The notes under the pieces are model-generated. The model worked only from the letters and a program-made list of their open reading frames with translations. It ran no database searches and was not told where the DNA came from. From a virus: a stretch of DNA of 64,000 bases. Each line of letters begins with the position of its first letter. The first letter of the stretch is position 1. This document shows, piece by piece, positions 53,619-63,518 of this stretch. The stretch is from positions 5,065 to 69,064 of IMG/VR virus record IMGVR_UViG_3300010391_000120. One strand, given 5' to 3'. The position numbers were made by a program, and so were the translations under genes.

Positions 53619-54299
53619 GTGAATACTTTTTTGCCATATCCTCCAGACCAAGACGGCTCCAGTGGTTTCTGGTCTTTTCGTAATTCTGCCCATGTATTAG
53701 ATAATAAACGGCTTAACAAGCAGACGGTAGAGGCTTTACAGATTTTGGACGTTCTATGTGGTAGGGTAGCCGCTTGGCACCATCATCCCGCAGTGTTACA
53801 ATGGAAAGGCCATGAATGGGCACTTTTGGATTATCTTACTGATATGTGCCTTGAGTGCATAGATGATAGGCATTTCCAAAACTCAATTTATCGTAAAACA
53901 AATGCACTTCGTGAAGAAATCCCGGTGGAATCTTCTATTGATATGCCTCCTTGGATGGGAGATAAGGATTTTCATGCGAGTCACCGATCTCGCTTATTAT
54001 TCAAAGGCCGTCAGGATGTTGCTTTAGCAGCCCTCAAAGAGTATCATCAATTCAAAAGTTTTGCTGATGTTAAGTTTTGGCTCGTATCTGATTTTTGTTC
54101 ACTGGTTATTAGTGATTCATTTGTCAAAACTAACGTATTTACTAACAAAGATTTAGAAAAGATTGAAATGTGGCTTGGGTTAAAGGACGTGAACATCGCT
54201 CCTAACTACTATGCCCAATTCAAATGGGCAGAAAAGGATAATATTCCTTATGTTTGGCCTGTAACCATAGCGAAACTACGAGAAAAAATTGAAGTATGA
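53619..54299 (+). CDS. Pyrimidine-dimer DNA glycosylase-like protein (MSMEG_6728/DenV superfamily)
   Basis: TFLPYP, SA.VLD.KRL.KQ.VEA.QIL, HPAV.QW.G, PPW.G...FHASHRS.LL.K, PYVWP. Confidence 0.85.
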   Translation: MNTFLPYPPDQDGSSGFWSFRNSAHVLDNKRLNKQTVEALQILDVLCGRVAAWHHHPAVLQWKGHEWALLDYLTDMCLECIDDRHFQNSIYRKTNALREEIPVESSIDMPPWMGDKDFHASHRSRLLFKGRQDVALAALKEYHQFKSFADVKFWLVSDFCSLVISDSFVKTNVFTNKDLEKIEMWLGLKDVNIAPNYYAQFKWAEKDNIPYVWPVTIAKLREKIEV

Positions 54300-54596
54300 G
54301 ATATAAATGTTATTGGGAAAAATGGCACGAAGGAAAATATAATAGGACCCGGAAAATGGTTACATCTGCTCTCACAGCGTGCGGATATAAAGAAATTCCT
54401 ACTTGTAATGGCGGTGACGATGATAGAATTATTATGGATACAAAAAGAAAAGAGTGGGCGTATTTTGAATATGGATTTACGCCATTTGCTTGTGATGAGG
54501 AAAACTATCCTACTGATAGAAACTTAACATACTGGTATAGGCATTCACGGTAAAAGGGACTTGACAGAAAAAAAATCTCTGATAGACTTGAGATAT

Positions 54597-54866
54597 ATGG
54601 GTAAACAAAAGAAACAGATTGGTGTCTTTGGAAAAGCGACTGTATTCAAAGCACCTGTGAAAGTAGGGCAAGAAAATGTTACCATAACATTTCCGAAAAC
54701 TATTATGGATTACATTCATGCTGAAGATGTTATTTTCTGGTCTCCTATAAACGGCGTAATCCAAATCTGTGGCGAGCAGCCACATATGGTAATACCGATG
54801 CTTTCAGTAAATGAAGATGCTTTTGTGCCACAAGATGATGCTCTTCCTGTGGTTGAAAGAGAATAA
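54597..54866 (+). CDS. Small protein with AbrB/SpoVT-like pattern, first gene of the ligase operon
   Basis: VKVG....TITFPK.I......D.I.W....G.I.I pattern; promoter TTGACA(54561)-16-TAGACT just upstream. Confidence 0.4.
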   Translation: MGKQKKQIGVFGKATVFKAPVKVGQENVTITFPKTIMDYIHAEDVIFWSPINGVIQICGEQPHMVIPMLSVNEDAFVPQDDALPVVERE

Positions 54867-54897
54867 CTAATAACAATAAACCAAATATAGTCTCCCT

Positions 54898-55791
54898 ATG
54901 GCTGGCGAATTAGATTTTACGATGGGTGCTGACCCTGAGTTTTTATGTGTGGATCGTCGCACAATAATTGACAGTGGCGCTTACACAAACACCAACAACG
55001 AATTAGGCAGCGATAATAATGGTGTGTTGTTTGAAGTGAGGCCCAGCCCTTCTACTGACCCAGTAGATATAGTCAATAACATGCACGACATTTTCGCTCG
55101 TTGGTTGACCGCCAACAAAGATTTTACCAAATTGAAGTGGTTAGCAGGTTCTCATTATGCTGACCAAAACATAGGCGGACATATTCATTTTGGTATCAAA
55201 CCAGCAAAAATTCCAACCGCTACAATCGCTAATGTGCTTGATAACTATATCGGATCTATTACGATGCTGCTTGAGTCCCGTAACCAAGGATTGAGGCGGC
55301 GTCAAGGTAACTATGGCCGAATGGGGGATACTCGGCCGCAGACTTGGGGATTTGAGTATCGCACTTGTGCTAGCTGGATTACTTCTCCATATGTTTCAGC
55401 CGGCGTCCTTTGTTTGGCAAAAACGGTGGTTTGGGAATTTGCTAACAATACTCGTTTCACTCCACGGCAGTTTATGACCGCTGAGGATTTTTCCACGATG
55501 AATACTGATAAGGTTAGAGCGGAGTTTCCGGAATTGTGGAAAGATATTACTTCAATGAAGTTATATCAGCAATACAAGGTCTATATTGACCTGCTCTATT
55601 TCTTAATCAAAAAGAATTACACTTGGTTTCCTAATTCAAGCATGAAAGAAGCTTGGGGTTTGGTTGACTTAACCAAAGCATATGAAGATAAAATCAAGTT
55701 AAATGTAATTTGGGAACGCTTTAAGCAAGAGATTGACACTAATGGTTGTGCCATAACCGTTCCTGTGGAACGGCCACATCGTTATCGGTAA
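54898..55791 (+). CDS. Phage phiEco32-like COOH-NH2 ligase (type 2)
   Basis: TMGADPEF, FEVRPSP, IGGHIHFG, RR..NYG..GD.R.Q.WGFEYRT..SW. Confidence 0.9.
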   Translation: MAGELDFTMGADPEFLCVDRRTIIDSGAYTNTNNELGSDNNGVLFEVRPSPSTDPVDIVNNMHDIFARWLTANKDFTKLKWLAGSHYADQNIGGHIHFGIKPAKIPTATIANVLDNYIGSITMLLESRNQGLRRRQGNYGRMGDTRPQTWGFEYRTCASWITSPYVSAGVLCLAKTVVWEFANNTRFTPRQFMTAEDFSTMNTDKVRAEFPELWKDITSMKLYQQYKVYIDLLYFLIKKNYTWFPNSSMKEAWGLVDLTKAYEDKIKLNVIWERFKQEIDTNGCAITVPVERPHRYR

Positions 55792-55993
55792 AATATATGA
55801 AAATGAAAAAATGGAAAGTTTCTTATACATCCTGGCGAGAAACTTGGTCTGGCCATGATCAAAATGACGGCGACTGCGAAGAAATTGTTAAAGCTAAAAC
55901 CCGAAAAGGTGCTATTAGTAAAGTAGAGAAAAAAAACTTTAGTGGAAATTGGTCCCATAGTATTTGGGGAACTAACTGTAATGCTGAGGAAAT

Positions 55994-56473
55994 ATGATTG
56001 AATTTAGCGAAAAAGATTTTCAATTAGCAAAGATTCGCCGGGAATCTAAGTTATTCAACCTTCAAACCGGCCAGCCATTTCGGGTGTGTGGATTGAGGAC
56101 GAAGGGTAATTCACTAATTCATATATCATATAACTATGATACAGTGGGCGAGAATTTTGATGAACATATGGCCATGCTTGTTGATTTCTGTAAGAATAAT
56201 AACATTGAACTTAAATGGGAATCCGGTGCCGGCACCCCGAAAGTCTGTATCGGATTACGCCGTGACTTGAGGGACCATATTCTTCTTTGTTCGGCAATTC
56301 TTCAAACTATTGTTTATTGCCTTGAAGGGCAACTGAACATAAATGGCAAAGAGAGGATAAATGGTATTCCTGCTTTTCCTAACTCCCGAGGCGTTGTAAA
56401 GAAGCAAAGGACTGAGTTGCCTGTGGTTGAGCGTGAAGATTATGACGATGCTGATGGCGACGACAATCGTTAA
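55994..56473 (+). CDS. Hypothetical protein with acidic C-terminus containing LPVVERE
   Basis: 159-aa ORF between the ligase and the GATase. Confidence 0.6.
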   Translation: MIEFSEKDFQLAKIRRESKLFNLQTGQPFRVCGLRTKGNSLIHISYNYDTVGENFDEHMAMLVDFCKNNNIELKWESGAGTPKVCIGLRRDLRDHILLCSAILQTIVYCLEGQLNINGKERINGIPAFPNSRGVVKKQRTELPVVEREDYDDADGDDNR

Positions 56474-56512
56474 TTTAATTATGACTAACAAAAATATGAA
56501 AGGAATGCTATA

Positions 56513-57325
56513 ATGTGCCGGATGGCTGCCTTCCCCCCAAACTTCCCCCGTGCTGAAGCACTCGAAATATTGAAAAATTTCGAGAATAACAACACGGATG
56601 GAACTGGAGCTGCTTGGATTGAAGGGAAAAAGTTTGTGGTTGAAAGATACCCAAAAAGTTTGACCAAAGTGATTCGCAAGCATCGTTTTCTTCACCATAT
56701 GCCCCATCCGGGTTGGACCATAGCTCACCTAAGAGCGGCTTCAAAAGGTGATGTTTCTTTGGTAAATACTCACCCGTTTGTAGCTGGAAAGTTTGCAGTT
56801 TGCCATAATGGAACTTTTAGCGAATTTAAGATTGTCAAACTTGCTTTGGGAAATAGGGTTAAGTTTGAGGGAGAAACTGATACCGAAGCGGCTGCCCATC
56901 TTATCTCTGTGGCCGGACCTAAACGGTTTTCAGAAACAATAGACTTTTCTGGTGTCTTTCTCGCCCTAAATATTCGCGGCGATTTATGGGCCATTAAGAC
57001 AAGTGGCGACTTGGAAATCCAAGCATTACCAAAGGATAAGGTGGTTCTTTGCTCAAAGTTTAATCCCAGTGAATATCCTGGGTCAGACGAAGCACAAGTC
57101 GGTTGGTATCATATGGACAATGAAGGAAGATATATCAAACACAAGAAAGTGCGTGATAACGCTGTCACCTATCATCGTCCTACTTCTGCTTGTGGAACTT
57201 TCGGACCTGGAAGTAATCCGCCTTGGGCTCCTTCTAATGTTAGTTGTCATACCATTCGCGATCCTGATGGTAGAGCTCTTGCCCATCGTGGTATTTGGCC
57301 TTATAACACTTATGAGGGGGACTAA
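56513..57325 (+). CDS. Class II (Ntn) glutamine amidotransferase
   Basis: N-terminal MCRM, N.DGTG, AHLRAAS.G, NTHPF, HNGT, GETDTE. Confidence 0.92.
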   Translation: MCRMAAFPPNFPRAEALEILKNFENNNTDGTGAAWIEGKKFVVERYPKSLTKVIRKHRFLHHMPHPGWTIAHLRAASKGDVSLVNTHPFVAGKFAVCHNGTFSEFKIVKLALGNRVKFEGETDTEAAAHLISVAGPKRFSETIDFSGVFLALNIRGDLWAIKTSGDLEIQALPKDKVVLCSKFNPSEYPGSDEAQVGWYHMDNEGRYIKHKKVRDNAVTYHRPTSACGTFGPGSNPPWAPSNVSCHTIRDPDGRALAHRGIWPYNTYEGD

Positions 57326-57562
57326 GTTATGAATCATCCTAAAAAAGTCGTTGTTTATCATAAATTAAGCCGGTGCTTTTGTCGTAATGCTAACACTGGC
57401 CCTGAAAATAATAAAGATTTATTTTGTAAATATCCAGAAGATGCCTATGATTTCGGCTCTCTTAATTCTGCTAGAAATTGGGCAGATGCCTCTGGATTTA
57501 CCAGTCTGGTAGTTATGATTGTGGCCTCTTGACAAATAAAAACTCTCTGATATACTCTCAAT

Positions 57563-57889
57563 ATGAATCAAGATCAACTAATTCGGTTCCTGATGGACAA
57601 CATTGATGCTGAGGCATTAGCAGAAGCTAATCGTCAAGGATCAACAATCATGTATTTCGCTGGTGTCGCTCAGCGTTTTCCAAATACAAATCCAGCGGCA
57701 AATCCACCCAGGCGAGTTGCTCAAGTTGCTCCTGCGAATCCTGTGGCTCGCATGAATGTTCGGCAACCTGCTCCTCAAAACGAAGAAATCAATGAAGCCC
57801 TTCCTGCTCCGGCACTGGCTCGTGCGCCAGGTCGACGCAATCCTCGGCCAGGTAACGAGAACGATACCGTTCGCGTGGGCCGCCTGTAA
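57563..57889 (+). CDS. Lys-free, Pro/Ala/Arg/Asn-rich disordered protein
   Basis: 108 aa with no K or C; leaderless start 6 nt after the -10 of promoter 57529-57556. Confidence 0.7.
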   Translation: MNQDQLIRFLMDNIDAEALAEANRQGSTIMYFAGVAQRFPNTNPAANPPRRVAQVAPANPVARMNVRQPAPQNEEINEALPAPALARAPGRRNPRPGNENDTVRVGRL

Positions 57890-57926
57890 ACCAATAATAA
57901 GAACAATTAGAAAAAACACAAAACAT

Positions 57927-58697
57927 ATGGACTACCTATTATACCATGCCAACAGCTCAGTCACGGGACGAGAGCTTGTTCGACAACTCGGAATCAGCGG
58001 CGGTGCAGACAGCCCTGATCGTCGGCCCCAAAGATTAGTGCGATGGGGGAATCGTTCGGAAATCCGCTTCAACGCAGTTGGCGGAGTGCTGAACAAGAAA
58101 TCAGCTCTTAATGATGCCTCGAACAAAGGCCGTTCATTGGAGTTATTGACCGCAGCGGGAATCAATGTTCCCCCTGCTGCTACTCGGTTTGACGGCGAGT
58201 TGCTTGTTGGACGCACTGAAACTCATGTTGGCGGGGAAGGGTTTTTCCTCGTCACCAGCCAGCGTGATTTTGAGTTGGCTCGGGATCACTGCCATTGCAC
58301 CCACTTTATGAAATACATTCCTACTCAGCGGGAGTATCGGGTCCATGTGTTTCAAGGGCGAGTTATCGGCTCGGGTGAGAAGCTGATGGGCGAGAACGCC
58401 ACCAGCCTTCATATTCGCAATGTGGGCACGGGCTGGACATTCCGCTATAACCAAGCGGAGCGCATCCCCAATGACATTCAGAATATTGCCACCGAGGCAA
58501 TGCAGGCTCTTGGCCTGGACTTCGGTGCCGTAGATGTTCTGAAATCGGTAAACAATAACTTTTACGTGTTGGAAGTCAACACGGCGCCAGGGTTAGTCGC
58601 AGTTGAAGGTAGGGGGCGGGGCCGGGAAGTCACGGATGGCCCTATGTTCCAGTCTTATCTGGATGCCTTCCGCAATTGGTTGGAAACTGCCCGTTAA
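57927..58697 (+). CDS. ATP-grasp ligase (RimK/phiEco32-like)
   Basis: VRWG, NK...L..L...G..VP, H.GG.G, EYRVHVF, ALGLDFGAVD, LEVNTAPGL; probable start ATG 57927. Confidence 0.9.
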   Translation: MDYLLYHANSSVTGRELVRQLGISGGADSPDRRPQRLVRWGNRSEIRFNAVGGVLNKKSALNDASNKGRSLELLTAAGINVPPAATRFDGELLVGRTETHVGGEGFFLVTSQRDFELARDHCHCTHFMKYIPTQREYRVHVFQGRVIGSGEKLMGENATSLHIRNVGTGWTFRYNQAERIPNDIQNIATEAMQALGLDFGAVDVLKSVNNNFYVLEVNTAPGLVAVEGRGRGREVTDGPMFQSYLDAFRNWLETAR

Positions 58698-58715
58698 TCG
58701 GGCACTTGGTTCAAA

Positions 58716-58743
58716 GATTGTCCGGCCGAAAGGCCGGACAATC
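58716..58743 (+). terminator. Perfect 12-bp GAAA-tetraloop hairpin after the ATP-grasp gene
   Basis: GATTGTCCGGCC-GAAA-GGCCGGACAATC followed by a pyrimidine tract. Confidence 0.7.
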
Positions 58744-59476
58744 CTCTCTTTATATGATTACTCCAATTTCAAGACCGATAAAGCCTGCTCTTCCTGAAAT
58801 ACAATACATTCCATTTGTGTCTGTAACGGAATATGGCAATCATGGTGGCAGGGTCAAGGAGAGTCATTACAAGAAATATGGGCATTATTGCCAAGTAGTG
58901 ATGGTTTCTCGTAGCGATATTGAAGGTTTCAATAAAACTGGATTTAGAATGTTTGGTATTATGCCAGGAACTTTAGGTAGGCCCTGGACCGGTGACCCTG
59001 AAGCAAGGCGGAAAGATTTGCGGAAGTTTGCTGGTTATCCTCAATTCAATTTTGGAATGTATTACGATTTGGATTATCTGCTTTTCATGGATGATGTTAT
59101 TGAATATAACCATCACCAGCGAAAGTTTGAGGACATTCGTTCAGCAAGAGATTTCGTAAAGCAACACAAACATATATGAAATACACAATTCCAGTAGTCA
59201 CCCGCACTCAAGATAATGGTGATGGCGGTTATACTACCAATGCCTATAATACGGAAGATGAACTAATTGCTGACCATCCTAAATCAATGGAATGGGATAG
59301 TAAGGCAGAGAAAGAAGTGCCCGTGGCATTGTCTCAGGAAAAGCGGGACGCCATTTTGAATGAGGATGATCCCTATGAAAACGGCTATATTGGTCGGGAT
59401 GAAATCGTTATTGAAATCGTGGATGGTGTTGCGAAACTTTCTAAACCGCTTAGTTTCCACGCCGGCCAATAAGTCA

Positions 59477-60208
59477 ATGATTAGAATATTAACAATAGGA
59501 AGCGAAAGAAAGTTTGTTGACCGTCTTGGTTATACGACTTCTTGCTATTTAACTAATAGTGTTGAATCATATAATCGGGATGTAGTCATTCGATTTGGAA
59601 ATAGCCAAGCGGCATACAACCATGATCGTTTACCGACTGACTTTAGAAATGTCTTAAATCCAGCAAAAGCTATTTCTTCTAACATTGACAAAATAAATAC
59701 CAGAAGGAAATTGTCAGCAGTTGTTTCTACACCCAAAACATTCTACAAATATACTCCTAATCGTGGTGTGTTTGTTATTCGCCATCGTGGTCACGCTTCC
59801 GGTAGTGGTTTTCAAGTGAGAGAATCGAATGGAGTATCTATTCGCCTTCGTGAAGGTGGCGAATATGCCAGTGAATATGTAAGAGGCGATGAATACCGAG
59901 TCTGGTTTGTTGGTAATAGGACAATGAGGGCATTAAGATACTCTGCTACTGGTATTACTTCACGCTTTCCATGTAGAAGTAAGTGGTCTTATGAATATTG
60001 CGATAATGTGCCTACCGATTTACATAATCAAACTCTATTAGGAGCAAGGACTTTAGGACTTGATTTTGGTGCTGCTGATGTTATACGGAGTAATGGAAGA
60101 TGGTATTTTTTGGAATATGATACAGCACCAAGTATTGATACGGCAACGCTACGAAGGTTTTTCAAGAATAATTTTGATAGGCTAATTCGTGAAAGATTTA
60201 GGATTTAG
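59477..60208 (+). CDS. Second ATP-grasp ligase
   Basis: VIRFGN, DK, H.SGSG, EYRVW, LGLDFGAADV, LEYDTAPSI; probable start ATG 59477. Confidence 0.85.
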   Translation: MIRILTIGSERKFVDRLGYTTSCYLTNSVESYNRDVVIRFGNSQAAYNHDRLPTDFRNVLNPAKAISSNIDKINTRRKLSAVVSTPKTFYKYTPNRGVFVIRHRGHASGSGFQVRESNGVSIRLREGGEYASEYVRGDEYRVWFVGNRTMRALRYSATGITSRFPCRSKWSYEYCDNVPTDLHNQTLLGARTLGLDFGAADVIRSNGRWYFLEYDTAPSIDTATLRRFFKNNFDRLIRERFRI

Positions 60209-60223
60209 AGAGGCCAAGGAGCC

Positions 60224-60274
60224 ACAAGAGGCCGCTGACTGCTATCGGGAGACTATCAGTTGGTGGCCTCTTGT
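60224..60274 (+). terminator. Long hairpin after the second ATP-grasp gene
   Basis: ACAAGAGGCCGCTGACTG / CAGTTGGTGGCCTCTTGT 18-bp stem with G-U pairs. Confidence 0.6.
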
Positions 60275-61239
60275 CATTTTATGAAAAAAGAAGTAATTAT
60301 TAAACTTTTAGAAAATGTCTTAACAATAGATGGCAGAGGCCGGCCCGGCAAAGCTCGATTATTACTTTCATTGATTGAAGAATCACCTACACTTGTTCTT
60401 TTAACCGCCATTAAAGAAATAGGTGAAAGAAAGTGGTTCTAATGATTAAAGTTTACGAAAAATATATTTCTGGTAAATGTGAACGGTTTATTGAATGGGA
60501 AGAAGATTTAATTCACCCCATAATGCGGTGCCATTTAATGAATATTTCAGATGGAGCACAATTCCATTGGCACTCATGGGCAAAGTTTTCGTTTAGACTA
60601 CCTGTCTCTGGTTCCCTCGAAATCCTACAAGGTAAAGCAAAAGCAGTTTATGAATTATATACTACAAAACAATGGTCTTGTGCTTGTGGTAAATGTAGAG
60701 GATTGAAGTTTAAGGATATAATTTGTGATAAGTGTTTTGAACCTACCAAGCTTGGTTATCTTACTAAAGAAGTAAGTCCCTGGTAAATGATTGTTGGGAT
60801 TTAATTGCTGTCGTCCCATAAATACTTGACATAATAGAAATCTCTGATATACTTCTACCAGTGAAAGCAATAGAGGCATTATGGGCTATGACAGAAGGTG
60901 AGAATGTTTCGTTGTATTGGCCAGATTGTGAAATATTTCAATTAGTTGGACTCAACGCTATTGGACTATTTTACCCTGATTATTCAGAGCTTGAGGCCAG
61001 TAGAATGACAACCACTGACTTTTTGAAATTTTACCCTGATGCTGAATTTGTAATATACGAAGAAAAATGATGTGATTTGGAATTTCTTTAATAATTTAGA
61101 TAATCGGTTCTATGAGGAAACTTTTATTCGCCATTATTTTGGAAATAAAAGTAAAAATCAATTAGGAGATTTATTCCATGTTATTATGTTACGGATGGCG
61201 GATATAATTAACAGTCTGAAAAACGCTTTAAGATTTAAC

Positions 61240-61310
61240 AAATAATTTTCTCGCAACAACCGGATCGCAAGGCGGGTAGTGTGTCCAAAACATTATCCGT
61301 CCTTTTTTTT
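61240..61310 (+). ncRNA. Structured 3' element, copy 1
   Basis: CGCAACAACCGGATCGCAAG + GCGGGTAGTG-TGTCCAAAA-CATTATCCGT hairpin + T-run. Confidence 0.6.
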
Positions 61311-61441
61311 GTTTGTGGCAAAATATCCAACACTTCTTTTTTAAGGGTATTGACATATAAAAAATCTCTGATAGAATTGACCAGTAATCGAAAGAACGCT
61401 TACATTATGTATTATACGAAACAAAAAGATAGAATCAATAA

Positions 61442-62029
61442 ATGAAATCACTAATAGTAGTTGGAGCCTTAATTGGCCTACTGGTCCTAACAGCAGTTAT
61501 CTTCGGAACGATGGCTGTTTCTTTCCACAACAAAGAAGTCCGACTCCGTAATCTTATTACGGCAAAGCAAACCGACAACAAAAGCGAAATGGATGCAATG
61601 TGGAAAATCATTGACCAAAACGCTCAAGTTACCGTGCTACAGAAAAATGCCCTCATGGACATTTTTAACGGTTATGCTGAAGCACGAACTGGCAACGATA
61701 GTTCTGCTTCTCTGATGAAATGGATTACAGAATCCGTCCCCAATGTTGATCAAAGCACTTATACAAAGTTAATGAATACAATCACTGCTCAACGTGAGGG
61801 GTTTAAGTTTCGCCAGAAAGAGATTCTTGACTTCAAACGAGAGCATGACAATTTGATTACTACATTCCCCAATGTAATCTTTGCCACAATCCTTGGGCGC
61901 CATAAGATTGATGTTGTAATCGTCACGAGCACCCGCACCGAAAACGCCTTCAAAACAGGCAAGGACGACGACACAACTCTACCAGGCATGAAGCAAAACT
62001 CTGTGCCGGCTGAAACTACTGTCAAATAA
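61442..62029 (+). CDS. Membrane-anchored helical protein (LemA-like phage family)
   Basis: N-terminal TM helix; WITESVPNVD...Y.KLM.TI...REGF...Q....D. Confidence 0.6.
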   Translation: MKSLIVVGALIGLLVLTAVIFGTMAVSFHNKEVRLRNLITAKQTDNKSEMDAMWKIIDQNAQVTVLQKNALMDIFNGYAEARTGNDSSASLMKWITESVPNVDQSTYTKLMNTITAQREGFKFRQKEILDFKREHDNLITTFPNVIFATILGRHKIDVVIVTSTRTENAFKTGKDDDTTLPGMKQNSVPAETTVK

Positions 62030-62092
62030 CTTCTACGCAATAACCGGGTCACAAAGCGGCGGGAGCGTCCAAAACTCTCGCCGCCCTTCTTA
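62024..62092 (+). ncRNA. Structured 3' element, copy 2
   Basis: CGCAATAACCGGGTCACAAA + GCGGCGGGAG-CGTCCAAAA-CTCTCGCCGC hairpin. Confidence 0.6.
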
Positions 62093-62127
62093 AAAAATAA
62101 ATAATAATAACATAGAAAGTCTCCTTT

Positions 62128-63468
62128 ATGTGGTTCTTTTGGGTATTCTCTCTGGTCCCTATCCTCGCTGGCATTGCCCTTCTTTACTTTGATAAACGTA
62201 TCACTTGGAAAGAAATGCTCGGTGGTAGTGCCGCTTCTCTTGCTTTAGCCGGATTATTCCAATTATTGGCGTCAATCGGAATGACGCATGATATTGAAAC
62301 TTGGTCTGGCCTAATTACACAAACAACTCATTATGGCCAATGGGTTGAAGAATATGAGCAGATGCACACTCGCCAAGTCGCTACTGGTGTAGATAAAGAT
62401 GGGAATACTACATATACAACTAAAATCTATTATACAACCGAGCACGCTACCCATTATGAGCATTGGGGTGTTGATAGAAACTTTGGAGCAATAGCGGATG
62501 ATCCAGAAGTAGATCAATCATTCTATAATCAAGTCAAATATAATTTTGGTAATACTATTGATGAAACCGGAGAACAAAGTTGTAGTCACGGCGGCCACTA
62601 TGACGGCGGAGATAGAACTTACTATGTTAGCCATAACAACACCGGCTACAAATACCCCGTCACCATAACAAAATCATTTGAAAATAGGGTGAAGGCTGCA
62701 CCTACTTTGTTTTCATTTGTCAAAGTTCCCACAAACATATCAGTATATCCTTGGCCAGAAAACCCCGATTGGAATAATTCAGGAAGGGTAATAGGCACAG
62801 CACAAAACTTCATTCATACAAGAAATTGGGATATTCTCAATTCAGATTTAGGGCCACGAAAAAAAGTAAATCTAATCATTGTAGGATTTCCAAGCGGATA
62901 TTCAATGGATATTGCTAAATATCAAGAAGCTAAGTGGATTGGTGGTAAGAAGAATGATTTAGTTATTTGCTTTGCTGGTGGTTCTCAAACTGAACCTGCT
63001 GAGTGGACTTGTGTTTTCGGATGGACAGAGAAAACTTTAGTTAAGTTAAATCTACAAGATATTTTCACCAAAAATGCAATCAATGATGATATTATTCCGA
63101 AAGTAGAGAGCGAAGTATTGGGGAATTATGAGAAGAAGAATTGGCATAAGTTTGACTATATCACCATTGAACCGCCTACTTGGTCATATTGGGTTTATTT
63201 GATTGTGATGATTCTTGTTCAAGGCGGATTATATTTGTGGTTCCACTTCAACGAATTTGATAATGACTCTTTCAATAAGCAAGTTGATTACAAAGGTGCT
63301 GAAGAAGAAGTTAAGAATAAACTTTATCGTAAATTGAATGGGGTTAAAGCATTCTTTATCAAACCAAAGCCGGCTCTTTCATCTTCACCCTGTCTCCCCG
63401 GACCATGCCGAAAATTACCCCCATCCTATCATCCTCAAAAGAGAAGTGGCAAAAGAAACTTTCGATAA
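62128..63468 (+). CDS. Multi-pass membrane protein (phage family usually paired with the LemA-like gene)
   Basis: Two N-terminal TM helices, large soluble domain with LGP.KKVN.I and W.GGKKND, C-terminal TM. Confidence 0.65.
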   Translation: MWFFWVFSLVPILAGIALLYFDKRITWKEMLGGSAASLALAGLFQLLASIGMTHDIETWSGLITQTTHYGQWVEEYEQMHTRQVATGVDKDGNTTYTTKIYYTTEHATHYEHWGVDRNFGAIADDPEVDQSFYNQVKYNFGNTIDETGEQSCSHGGHYDGGDRTYYVSHNNTGYKYPVTITKSFENRVKAAPTLFSFVKVPTNISVYPWPENPDWNNSGRVIGTAQNFIHTRNWDILNSDLGPRKKVNLIIVGFPSGYSMDIAKYQEAKWIGGKKNDLVICFAGGSQTEPAEWTCVFGWTEKTLVKLNLQDIFTKNAINDDIIPKVESEVLGNYEKKNWHKFDYITIEPPTWSYWVYLIVMILVQGGLYLWFHFNEFDNDSFNKQVDYKGAEEEVKNKLYRKLNGVKAFFIKPKPALSSSPCLPGPCRKLPPSYHPQKRSGKRNFR

Positions 63469-63518
63469 GACTATTGACACAATAGAAAACTCTGATAAAA
63501 TCTGGAGAAATAAGTGAT

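Noticed and set aside
55994-56473. Fourth COOH-NH2 ligase (GLRTKGNSLIHISY resembles RxxGGHIH)
   Set aside because: Too short and lacks the N-terminal ExE/DPE and EYR motifs
61240-62092. Twister ribozyme or SAM/SAH riboswitch
   Set aside because: Only the CCGG.TC.CAA fragment is reminiscent; the other required conserved segments are not seen
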